A DNA stretch of 64,000 bases. It comes from Auanema rhodensis (Eukaryota; Animalia; Nematoda). Numbering within the stretch: position 1 is the stretch's first letter; every line of letters starts with the position of its first letter. Shown in pieces: positions 12,383 through 24,330 of this stretch. The notes below the pieces were generated by a model. That model worked only from the letters and a program-made list of their open reading frames with translations, had not been told where the DNA came from and made no database searches. The DNA lies in contig OZ059896.1 of assembly GCA_964057225.1 (NCBI GenBank), forward strand, positions 11,904,001 to 11,968,000, written 5' to 3'. Both the position numbers and the translations under genes were made by a program.

Positions 12383-13181
12383 GCTGTAGTCACGTTCTGC
12401 CCGGTGAATGAACGTTTTTCTCAAAAATCATCTACTAAAATCTAATAAAAATAGACTGAGGTTGGGTATTCAGATGTGTAGAATCTCAATTTCCTAGTGA
12501 GATTTGGCTAAGACTTCTGCTTTTTCCGGCAAAGGGGTTTATGAGAGAGACCATCCACAAGATTTGTTCACAAAAAAGTTCAGGCTGTAGTCACGTTCTG
12601 CCCGGTGAATGAACGTTTTTCTCAAAAATCATCTACTAAAATCTGATAAAAATAGACTGAGGTTGGGTATTCAGATGTGTAGAATCTCAATTTCCTAGTG
12701 AGATTTGGCTAAGACTTCTGCTTTTTCCGGAAAAGGGGTTTATACCGAGACCATCCACAAGATTTGTTCACAAAAAAGTTCAGGCGGTAGTCACGTTCTG
12801 CCCGGTGAATGAACGTTTTTCTCAAAAATCATCTACTAAAATCTGATAAAAATAGACTGAGTTTGGGTATTCAGATGTGTAGAATCTCAATTTCCTAGTG
12901 AGATTTGGCTAAGACTTCTGCTTTTTCCGGCAAAGGGGTTTATACCGAGACCATCCACAAGATTTGTTCACAAAAAAGTTCAGGCTGTAGTCACGTTCTG
13001 CCCGGTGAATGAACGTTTTTCTCAAAAATCATCTACTAAAATCTAATAAAAATAGACTGAGGTTGGGTATTCAGATGTGTAGAATCTCAATTTCCTAGTG
13101 AGATTTGGCTAGGACTTCTGCTTTTTCCGGAAAAGGGGTTTATGAGAGAGACCATCCACAAGATTTGTTCACAAAAAAGTT
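12382..13181. repeat. Tandem array, 4 x 200-201 bp
   Basis: GGCTGTAGTCACGTTCTGCCCGG... starts at 12382, 12583, 12783 and 12983. Confidence 0.97.
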
Positions 13182-13219
13182 GCGTGGCGACCCGGCTTCG
13201 ATTCCCGGCCGATGCACCA
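13182..13219 (+). pseudogene. 3' half of tRNA-Gly including CCA (an extended minus-strand PBS; not a tRNA gene)
   Basis: GCGTGGCGACCCGGCTTCGATTCCCGGCCGATGCACCA resembles the T-arm and acceptor stem of tRNA-Gly; encoded CCA; no 5' half. Confidence 0.85.
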
Positions 13220-13247
13220 CTTTTTGTCTCTCGAAACTAACAGTGTA

Positions 13248-14621
13248 TTAAATAAACAATAAACGAATAACCCCTAACCCTGCTACTACTGAATCATCAT
13301 AATCTGAACTAACTGCCGAACTTTCTTTGGATACAATAAGTGCTTGCATCTCGTCATTAGACTTGAATACAGCAGAGTCAAAAGCATCTTTGCCACATAC
13401 TCTTATAAGACTAACCCATGGCTCATCTTTATTGACTGCATTGGCTAGCACTCTTTTAATTTCATTAAATCCAGCATGGAAAGGAGCTGTTAGGGTCTCA
13501 AAAACACGGAATTTGTCTAGTCTTCCCAAGGCCCAATTGATGTATTGCTCAGAACACTTATTGGGTATTTCCAGCTCAAATGCATTACACCATTCTCTAA
13601 CTTCATTGGCTAATACAAACAATGTACCAATTTCTTGATTACATCTCTTATTTAGTGCATCTATCCCTTTGAAAATTTCTTCATTCTCAGCAATTTCTTC
13701 TTCGGATAAGGAGTAGTTGAGGTGAATAATGTTACTTACTTCCCTAAGCAATTTATTCTCATTCTCTATCAAAGTATCTTCAACTTTTGTGAACTTCTCC
13801 ATCATTGATTTCTTAATATTCTTCACAACTTCAATTCCCCCTACATCACCTTCAATATCATCTATATTCTCCTCTTGAAAGAAAGTAAAGTGATCGGTAA
13901 GTTCTTTACCTTCTTCTTCACTCATCTTTGAAGGATAAATCGATTTTGTACCATTTACCTCAATCACAGTATACACGCTGTCATCAACCTTAGGCTCGCC
14001 ATCTTGTTTACTAGATGTTTCTGAAACAGGGTCATTATTAATCTCTTTCATATGTCTTTTTGCAAAGTCAAGTCAGTTATCTAGGTCATCATCTCCAAAA
14101 GAGATTAGGCCTGATAAGTTCATTTCATCGCATTTAAACAGCTTCTTAGTATCAAGTTTAGCCATGTGCTTCATGATATTGAGGTATTTGAAAGTTCCCA
14201 TAGAGTTGGCTACTTCACAATTCAAGCTGTAACCAATATCCCAGAGAATGTCTTTACTTATTGGACCTTCTTGGATCTTTCCTTTCTTGTTAGCATATCT
14301 AGAAAATTGCCCAGAAGATACTACATCATTAAAGGTGGATGTACCAAATGGCTTAACAAGATGACCTAGACAGTTATAAATAATATATGCTACTAAGCCA
14401 CTGATCTTGACATTCTCTTTCTCTTGACCAACAACTATAGCTCTAGGCAATAAGCTTATTTCCTTATCTTTAAAGATAATCCCCACAACCACAGAAATCA
14501 GGTCTAACAATTCATCAACATTAGAGATCGTAGTTTTGCCAACATCTTTCCATTTACAATGAGAGTCATTATGTATCCAAAAAACAGAACGTCCCTGCAA
14601 AAGAACGCGGGTAATTAAACC
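13248..14621 (-). pseudogene. Orphan intronless reading frame (~450 codons, one internal TGA), candidate captured/RNA-virus-derived insert
   Basis: ORFs 14073-14600 and 13248-14051 are in the same frame, separated by a stop plus 7 codons; no TE motifs; no in-frame ATG at the 5' end. Confidence 0.55.
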
Positions 14622-14630
14622 AACAAAAAG

Positions 14631-14642
14631 TGGTGCATCGGC
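14631..14642 (+). promoter_or_regulatory. PBS (tRNA-Gly) of AT-rich BEL/Pao family B2
   Basis: ACA-AAAAG-TGGTGCATCGGC about 85 nt upstream of gag. Confidence 0.8.
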
Positions 14643-14725
14643 AAAATAAGTAGAGAACTACAGGCGATTCATAAAATAATTGTTTAATCAGTAAATTAAG
14701 AAAAAAAAAACGAAGAGAGAAAAAG

Positions 14726-16580
14726 ATGAATTCTTCAATAAAATTCAGCAAACAAGGATTTCAAGCTAGAATAGCTTCGAATAGTTACAAACGAAAAGAA
14801 GTCTTAAAAATTTTGAAAAAATACGAAATAAGTACAATTTTAATTTCAAATGAAATTGATGCCATATTAGTATACGTAGAAAATCTCAGAAATTTATGTG
14901 AGCATATAAAAATCATGAGAGCAGATGAAGAAGAAATCATTATAGATGTATTGGTTGAAAAATCACACTTAAACATGGAGAGTGAAGAAATCAAAGAAGA
15001 ACTTGAAGAATTAGAAGATATTATAAATTACCAAAATGACAAGAAAGCAAAAACAAAATTCGAAATGAACCATAAACAAATATTAGAAAATTTACCGCTT
15101 TGCAACAGATCCAGTAACTCACAAATCTCTAAAAATGAGAAAGACACTCAAGTAGAAACGTCGTGTTGGGAATCTTCAGGCTCTGAAATAGATAATAGAT
15201 TAATGAACAGAACGAAAATTTGAAAAAAGAGAAATCCAGAAGTAGACAAAACAATATCATTATTTAATGATAAAATGAAAAATATGATCAAACGTCTAAG
15301 TCATATAGAAATGAAAATGAATGATAATGATGAAAACTCTGAAACAGAAGAGAGAAAAAATAGTATATTTTCCAAACCTAAAATGCAATTAACAAACTTC
15401 AATGGCGAAATAACTGAATATTTAGAATTTATGGGAATCTTTGAAATGTTAGTACATGAAAACAGATACATGAATAATAAGGAAAAATTATTTCATTTAA
15501 AATCATGTATGAAAGGAAAAGCAGAAAATTTACTAAAACCTATCACGTTAACATCAGAAAATTATGCGAAAGCTTTAGAGTTACTAAGAAGAACTTATGA
15601 CAAGCCCGTTCAAAGGAAAAAATTATTAAAAGAGAAATTAAGACAACTGCCTAAAATATATAAAGATATAGAAAGAATGAAAGAATTATTTAATGAGATA
15701 AGAAGTATTCTAACAGGACTTAAAGAACATTCAGACGTAGATAACGAAGAAATAATCGAACTAATAATAGAAAAATTCCCTGAAAATATACAAAGAGAAA
15801 TTTTCAGAATAGAAAGTAACATAAACTCAGAATTAAATCTCAATCAAGTTTTGAATGTGATAGAAACAGCGTTAAAGACAGAAGAATTGGTTTACTCAAA
15901 GAAAGATTATTATCAATCGCAAATAAGAAATCAAATCAATCAATCGACAATGAATTTCTTGACAAGAACAGATAAAACCAATCAAAGAAACTATAAACAT
16001 GATAACTATGAGAAAAGAAGAAATTTGAATACGAGTAATTATCAAAGTTCAAAATATCAGCAAAATCAAATATGTTTGCAGGCAAATAAAAAAAGAAGGA
16101 AGAATATGCGTATACTGTAATATGAATAATCATGAAACAAAATTTTGCCGTAGAACAAGAACAATCGAAGAAAAGAGAAAAATTACCATTCAGAACAAAT
16201 TATGTTGGATTTGTTTTTCAAAAAATCATAATTCTTTTGAGTGTACCGATAATAACTGTAAAAATTGCAATGGCAAGCATAATGAAAGCATTTGCATGAA
16301 AATTCAACATATCAATGAACAAAGAGGACATGGTGAAAACCAAACTTTATATGCTCATGAGGAAAAGTGACATCAGTATGATAATCAAAGATATTCTAAT
16401 GAATCAAATCAACAGAAACCGTATCTAACAGGAGGAAATAAAGAACCAATGGGTCAAAATTTTCGTTGGAGAACCAGTTCAACAGAAAAGAAATAGCAGA
16501 AATAAATTTATTATCAGAAAAAGTGAACCACCTAGAAAATAATAAAACTAACACATTTTTCATAACATTTTTCAACTCTA
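14726..16580 (+). pseudogene. gag: BEL/Pao B2 gag (broken)
   Basis: LTNFNGEITEY..F..F..LVHEN...EKLFHLKSCMKG (DUF1759-like) and CWIC..H..C..C..C..H...C knuckles; stops and frameshifts. Confidence 0.9.
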
Positions 16581-17330
16581 AATATAATCTTTCTTTTGGT
16601 AGTTGAGGAAAATTAGGGTATTTATGAGGTCTGTTATTAATTTTTTTGCATTTCAAGCAATCGTGAATTACCATATTTATACAAGTTTTTAATTTTACGA
16701 TAAAAAATTCCTTTCTTACTATACCCATCCAAGTTTCCCTGTTTGCATGTAACGAACTTTCATGCATGTAATTCAGAAGTAGTTTTGTAAATAATTTCTT
16801 TCCAAATAGTAGTATTGGGTATGAATTTTTATCTTTATCGGAGTGTCCCATACGGCCCCTCACTCTTAAAATTCCATATTCATCTTTAATGATATCTAGT
16901 TGCTTGAATTTTTTCTTTTCCAGGTTTTTAATATTCTGGTTTTGATGAATTTTTATGAGAAATTTTTGAATTGTTTTATTTTTCGTCATTGAATCTTTTT
17001 CCTCGAATTTATCAAACATACTTTCTTTACACTTATTTGAGTTTTTCTTTATTTTAGTGACAAATGTCATTATTTGCCTAATTATATCAATTAATTTTGG
17101 GTATGTTGAAAATTTTCTTGCTAAAAAATCTAAATCTTCATTTTCCGTTTGATTTATTTCGGATTTTATCAATAAATTGACTATTTTTTGCTGCGGTTCT
17201 TCGCAATGTTTTTCAATCACTTCTTCAAGCGATTTAATATTTTTGTTTCGGTCTATTTCATTTTTATACCATTGAGGACCTTTAATCCATTCCTTGTAAA
17301 CTGAATCTTCAACTTCTGAACCTCTTGTAG
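16580..17330 (-). pseudogene. pol: BEL/Pao B2 pol, connection and integrase zinc-finger part (antisense to its gag)
   Basis: PTRG..WIKGP, GILRVRGR, H...H...CLKC, PQLPKER. Confidence 0.88.
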
Positions 17331-17335
17331 GTAAA

Positions 17336-17868
17336 TGTGCTGAAGCACTCTCATCCCGTGATAATAGTGTTCCTCCTTAGTTTAAGTTCAATTGTACTTC
17401 TTTATTGTCCTCTCTTTGTACTATCCATTATCCTCAACTATCTAATCGATAATCCTGTAAGTTGTCACCAACGGCCGATTTGCCGATGAATCACCTATCG
17501 CCCTTTGCCATCTGATCCATTAGGCAAGATCTTAGGCGCGATAGCCGTCGCCCACTTGCAAGGGGGATGAATCACATAGGATTTAGACCCCTCCTCTCGC
17601 TTTCTACAATTAATACATTATCTATCACTTCCGGGGACCTAGTATATAAACCCGCAATAATTCTTCTAAATCATGGCTCAATATTATTCTGCCACCGCTA
17701 TCATCTTCCCGTCAATTTATTTCTGTTTTACTCGTATTGTATTCGTATCACCGATAATAAACTCTTCTCTTGTACTTGCGTCTATTGCCTATTACTTGGA
17801 CTAATATTCCACTACCACTGAACCACAAATGCCCGTTATTCGCTCTCCAACTAGAGGACAAAACGACA
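17336..17868 (+). repeat. B1 5' LTR
   Basis: TGTGCTGAAG...AAACGACA; TATATAAA near 17644; two differences from the 3' LTR seen by eye. Confidence 0.97.
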
Positions 17869-19200
17869 TGGTGCATCAAGCCGAGTCCAACGAAGAAACT
17901 CGCGCCGAACAATGGAACAGCAGCTGCTCATTATTACTCGCTAAGCTCAAGGACAACGACGCAAGGAGGAAATCATATGCGGTACGTCAAGTTACTAATA
18001 CCTCCAACAAAACCCCAAGCATGATTGACACCCGTGAAAGGGAGATTTCAAACATCAATGGGGACATCCTCGCCATCAACAAACTGATGGACGAGATGAA
18101 ACACATCCCAACCGACCTACGCCCCGAGGACCAAAGTCGGATCACGAAGAACGAAGAAACTCTGCGGAAACACATCTCTACCCTACTGTCATACAGTAAC
18201 GACATACAAGAACAAGTCAACTACCTGAAGGGTCTCAACCACACTGAGAACAGCCCTGACCCAACACACACAGACAGTTCACAGCCCTCTGAGCACCACC
18301 TCATTGGAACTGCTGAACTCACACACGCCACACAACCTCGAAGCTGGGAAACATATCGATCACGGCCAACACTCAAACCTGTCGATATCCCACGCTTCGA
18401 TGGCAACGTGAAAAGCTGGAAAAACTTTTGGTGCTTGTTCCACACACTCATACACTCATCGAACATGCCCACCATAGAAAAGTTTAACTACCTTCGCCAG
18501 TCATTAACAGGAGAAGCAGCTTCACAAATAGCTTCATTCCCAACGGATGAAGACTACTACTTCAGCGCAGTACATCACCTGCAGGATCTATATGATGATA
18601 ACGACAACATCACACAACATCTCATGCTGGAATTTCTCCAGATACAAGCGAGAACATCCAACCAGCATGACCTCCTCTCCATGATGGACAAGATCGCAGG
18701 CATTTTTCGCCAAACTGAAGGAAACAGGAACGCCGAACAAGAAACTACCAGGGAACCTTCTCCAAGAGATCTACAAATCATTCCCCTCGGGAAAAACACC
18801 CGACATCAGAGACCTAGTAGACATCACAAGGCGACATATCCGATGCCAAAACAAGGTGAAAATTTTCGCAGCAGATCGGTTCGAGAAACCAATCACACGA
18901 GTCTACAACTCACCACCAGGGAACACCTACAATTCCCAACGCAACAAACCAGAAGCTAAAAAACTAGCAAAAACATCCAGTTGCATCTTCTGCCAGAAAC
19001 CTCACGCCCCATGGGACTGTGACACAACAAAGTCGAGGAAGGAGCGTCTAACCATTCTCAACCAGGAAAAGAGATGCATCAACTGTCTCCGCAAAACACA
19101 CAACACGGAGTCATGTCCAAGCAAACGAACATGCTCCAAATGCGGAGAAAAACACATCGACATCTTATGCGCTAATAAAAAGAAGACGACCAAAGTCAAC
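17868..19200 (+). pseudogene. gag: B1 gag (frameshift/deletion near 18720-18860)
   Basis: DIPRFDG..W..FW..F...IH...EKFNYLRQSLTGEA; CIFC..H/CINC..H/CSKC..H knuckles. Confidence 0.9.
17869..17880 (+). promoter_or_regulatory. B1 PBS (tRNA-Gly type)
   Basis: TGGTGCATC immediately after the LTR. Confidence 0.8.
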
Positions 19201-22200
19201 TTAATTGAGAGCACACCCTACAATGACGAGGAAACCGAAGAACACACGGTTCAATTTTCCTCCCAGTTCTCTACCAATCAATTCAAAAGCGCCCTCCTTC
19301 CAATAGGAGAAATCAAGATAATGACGAATGGAAAATTTTCCACAATCCCAGCCATCTTGGACTCTGGATCGGACACATCTTTCATCGAAGAAGAACTTGC
19401 CAAAGAACTTCAACTACCCGTTATAGAATCTAAACGCGTAAAAATCAAGACTTTCGGCAACACAAAAAGCGTTGAACACCTCACAAAGGTGAAAGCAACA
19501 ATCAAAGGAACAGTCTCCAACATCACTGCACACCTTTGGACAAAAAAGACCTTGACGGGTCCCATCAAAACAGTCCGAATTCCAAAATCAGACAACTCCA
19601 CCTTCAAATTAAATCAAGAAACCTACGTCAATCCACGCATACTCATAGGCTCCGATTTAATGTGGCAAGCTCTGACAGCCATTATACCAATCTCTGACGA
19701 CCACATACAAGTCAAGACACAATTTGGAGACTTCATAACAGGAAAAGCAAGCGACCAACCATCCATCAACGCCTTCTCAGTTATAACTGGAAACACCTCT
19801 ATCCCGATAGACACATGGAACAAAAACTTCATCGAGGAGCAGCAAGAATTTACGGGAACCGAACAAGAAGAAAAACAAGCACGAGATAAACTAGTATTGG
19901 AACAATTCCAATCCACCATCCAAAAAAGAGACGATGGTTATTACGTCTCCTTCCCATGGAAAGACAACATCAATCTTCTCCCCGACAACAAATCACTTGC
20001 TCACAGACGCCTCATAAGTCTAGTCGTAAAATTATCTCAACAACCAGATTCACTAGCAGCATACGACAAAATCATTCAAGAACAACTAGACAATGGAATA
20101 ATCGAACCAGCAGAAGAACCATACCCTGACGCTCAAACGATACACTACATTGCTCATCAAGCAGTTCTGACCCCACAAAAGGAAACAACCAAACTAAGGA
20201 TAGTATACGACGCTTCCGGACACTACCAGAACAGACCCAGTCTGAACGACGTCATCCATCAAGGACCACTAATCCTACCATCACTAGTAGGAATGATTTT
20301 ACGCTTCCGCTGCGGGAAAATGGCACTGATAGCAGACGTAAAGAAAGCATTTCTTCAAAAAAGACTCCACGAGTCAGAACGTGACGCTACAAGATTCTTT
20401 TGGCTGAGAGATATCTCCAAACCAATGAGCACCGAAAATACAAGAACCCTACGCTTCTGTAGAGTTCCCTTTGGAATCAATGCCTCGCCATTTCTCCTCG
20501 CAGCCACAATTCGTCATCATCTGGAACAAAGAAGCAACGAAAACTTCCTAGCCCACCAAATTAAAGAGAACCTTTACGTGGACAACCTATTACTTGCCAC
20601 AAACTCAGAAGAAGACCTCAAACTGGGATACCGAAAACTTCAACTTCAACAAAACTCAGCAACGAGCCCTACCAGAAGATCCGAATCAGCAGTACCACTT
20701 AGTTACCTGTACAGATTCTAGCGGATCAGCCCTAGGATTCTGCACACACCTCCTGGCAGCCACATCACGCATACCTACCTTGATCTTCGCTAAATCCAAG
20801 CTACACTCAAAGAACTCCAACATCACCATCCCGAAAGCAGAAATACAAAATAAATACAGAAATACCGACACATTACGAAGAAGCCGAACTGAACCTTCTC
20901 CATCTGCATCAACACAACCTACTCGTACGTCTTACAGCAGCACAACGAAACGACTTAAGACCACTGTTGAAAGATCATCTTTGGCACAGCCGCGGACGAA
21001 TGCAGAATAGTGAACTAGATGAGAGTGCAAAACTTCCTATCATCGTCTTACCCAAAACAAGGACAGCCACCTTAATTATCGAACACGTCCACAACCAATT
21101 TCACAAAAGCACGTCACACACCATGGCCGAAGTTCGACAGAAATTCTGGATACCACAACTTCGCTCACAAACCATCTCAGTCATACGAAGATGCGTAGAG
21201 TGCCAACGAATGAACAACCGACCATTCACGTACCCCCCCTCTGGCGACATACCCAGCAGAAGACTCAATCGAAGCCGACCATTCCAACACATAGGCCTTG
21301 ATTACTTCGGACCGCTGACGGTAAAGGACAAACCTCACAAAGTATGGGGTTGCATCTATACCTGCACAGTCACACGCCTACTACACTTAGAAGTTATAGA
21401 AGACCTTACCACAAAAGCATTTCTTAACTGTCTAAGGAAGATATGGGCACGTAGAGGATATCCGGAAAGCATCACTTGCGATAACGCCACCACATTCGAA
21501 CTAGGACAGAAAGTGGCGAACAGACTGTTCAGCATCGCCAACACGACACAAACAGGTGACAGCCATAAGATAAAATGGCACAACATAACACCTTACGCCC
21601 CCTGGCAAGGAGGATTCTACGAACGCCTTATCCGATCAGTAAAAGACTCTCTTCACAAAACCATGAAGAACATACCAACAAGCGAAGAACTGTCAATCAC
21701 CTTAGCTGAATGTGAAGCAACACTCAACACTCGCCCACTCACATACATCGGATCCGACACAGGAACAGATGAAATAATCAGACCATGTGACTTTATTCAC
21801 AAAGACTTGGACCTTAACATTTCATTCCACTCGGACGATGACGACGAAGAATACCTCGACAACCCTGCCTTACAAACAAGAGCAGACACAGAAAAAGCCA
21901 TCCATTCCTCCAGACAACGCACAAACAAATTCTGGGAGTTATGGATCGAACTCTACCTCAAAGAGTTAAGAGAACACCACAAGAACAACATCTCGGTGAA
22001 GAAAGCTGGTTCCAATCAACAGCCAAGAATCGACCAATACGTACTTATCAACGACAGTCCGATACCTCGGTACAAATGGCCGATTGGAAAAATCACACAT
22101 ATCTCACCAGACAAGAACGGACAGACCAGAGAAGTCACGCTTCTTTCAGAATCAGGCAGAGAACTCAAACGACCAGTGAACCTTCTACATCCGCTGGAAC

Positions 22201-22310
22201 TCTCAGACGACGACATTCCTGAAAGACTACGAAACACTAATCCTTCGAGAGATGTCCCACCAATAAGGCAGTCTAATCCAAGGAACGTACCTAGATTATG
22301 GTACGGAGAA
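19200..22310 (+). pseudogene. pol: B1 pol: protease, RT, partial RNase H region, integrase (deletions near 20640 and 20860)
   Basis: LDSGS, KLRIVYDAS, RVPFG, YVDN, IGLDYFGP, CDNA, PWQGGFYERL, LNTRPL. Confidence 0.93.
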
Positions 22311-24330
22311 CAAAGAACAAACCTATTCACCTTTCTATCAATATTCTCAATACTTCTACCCATCATCTCTGCCACACCAACAATATCTTGCAACTACCAA
22401 GGAGTTCAAATTCAAGGAATCTCGACAAACAATCAACAAGTATGCATCCACAACACATGCTATAACAACAGCCACGATGGAAACCTTATATTTCCCCCAG
22501 CGGACATCCTAACCAACTACGACGTAAGCTGGACCTTCCAACACAATTCCAGAATTCATCACATGATGATCACCCAGCGGTACATTTCTGCTCCACTGTC
22601 ACATGCACCTTCTGCACTGCTACACTTTTCAATCCATCTTGCTGGCCATGGACATCAATGCTACTTCTCACATTCCTTACATGCATGCTCACAGCCTTAT
22701 GCTACGGCATTCTATACACACCATGGGTCATAGGAAAACCAATCCGGCTTTGGATACGATTATGCACCACCATCATAATGACCATAATCAAGACGATCCG
22801 ACACACACGTCAACCGAGGCCGCACAAATCAGCCATACCACTCCTAGCTCTGATGAGTTTGATACAAGTCACCTTCTCATGCCAAGAACTCGCGATCACA
22901 TCCTCCGAACAGTCCACTTGCATCCAAGAGAAATGCCACATACAAACCACGCATAATCTCAACATCAGTCCATACACTCAAGAAGCCTGCCTCACATTAT
23001 CAAACAATCAAGACAATATCTCTTTCTTGAGAATACAGTGGATCAAAACCAACTACAAGTGTGAGACTCGGTCCCTTTACTTCACAAGAGAATCAAAGAC
23101 TCACGTACAAGACAGCAAAAGATGCCCACACACTGGATCATGCCAAGAAGAAAAATGCAGCAACATCACCCCAAACTCAACTGTCAGCGAACTTCACATA
23201 GCTAACCAGTACCCAGGAACAACACACTGCACAGAATCCTGTGGTGGCATAGGATGCGGATGTTTTTACCCTTCATCAGGATGTCTTTTCTACAGGACCT
23301 ACCAGAAGCCGACTGATACCTCGATATATGAAGTATACGACTGCAACTCTTGGACACCTACAACGGACCTCAGCCTAACATACCGAAACGGATCAACCAC
23401 CATCTCCAAAAACGTCACTCTATACTCTGACGTTCCGAAGCACATATATCCATTCACGCTAACTATTACAAGTCTCTCACCGCCAGTCATACCTGCGATG
23501 CAATACAAATTCATCCGCAACTTTACAAGAACAGCTATATGGAATCAACAACCCATGCTCTCATGCCCGAGCAGAAGAGACGCTATAAACATGAACTGTA
23601 CCGCCACACCCACCTGCGTTTGCACACCGGCAGAAGACCAGGTCAACTGCCAGTGCCACGAAACATCTATCACCTCAGCCTTTACCAACGTACAATCAGC
23701 TATTCCAATGCTAACACCCTCATACATGATCATGAACGAGGAAAGAAACTTACGGCTGCAACCGAGGAGCCCAAGCAAGTATCACATGTACTTCACCTCA
23801 ACCAACTCTGGCAGCTATACAATGTGGTGAATCCGCATTCATGACACAATGCAGTCCACAAGGAACAACCAACTCCATCCAGCTGCCTATCACCTCAGCC
23901 TCACCTAGGATCACATGCACATACACCTGCAGAACACAAGAAAACACATTCCTCCTCTCAGGAATGCTGTACTACGTCAACACACTTCAAGACCTACGCT
24001 CTCATTACATACTCGGGAATCACTCGTCTCTCCAAGAAACAGCCTTCACCTTTTCTTGGCTCGACATTACTCACTTTTACAACATCTATCAGGAATGGTA
24101 CAAAGCATTAGCAACCTGTCTACTCATTGCCATAATCGCTTTTACCTTTTCCTATTACATCATTACAACATACGCTACCAGACTAGCACTAGGCACCGCC
24201 CACTACATGGCTGCCGCAACATGTTACATCTTCCTCATTCCCCTCCGCGTCTTTATCATTTTTTGGCGCCAGCTCCTTCTCCTAAAGTCAAGGAAAACTC
24301 ACATCCTAGTAGTATTCATTCTATTCACTA
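22310..24330 (+). pseudogene. env: B1 env: phlebovirus-like Gn/Gc class II fusion glycoprotein, in frame with integrase, frameshifted in this copy
   Basis: Signal peptide after IN; KRCPHTGSC, CTESCGGIGCGCFYPSSGCLFYR, TM segments; deletion near 23755 relative to the copy at 53913-55750. Confidence 0.88.

Noticed and set aside
12382-13181. CRISPR-like array
   Set aside because: Whole 200-bp units repeat with no unique spacers, no cas genes are present and the context is eukaryotic
12382-13181. Hammerhead ribozyme/retrozyme
   Set aside because: No CTGATGA...GAAA core could be placed; only CTGATAA occurs, in two units
13182-13219. Functional tRNA gene
   Set aside because: The 5' half and A box are absent and CCA is encoded
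17567-18024. Short ORFs inside LTRs (also 4193, 9383, 25338, 53611)
   Set aside because: Lie in LTR DNA and show no protein motifs
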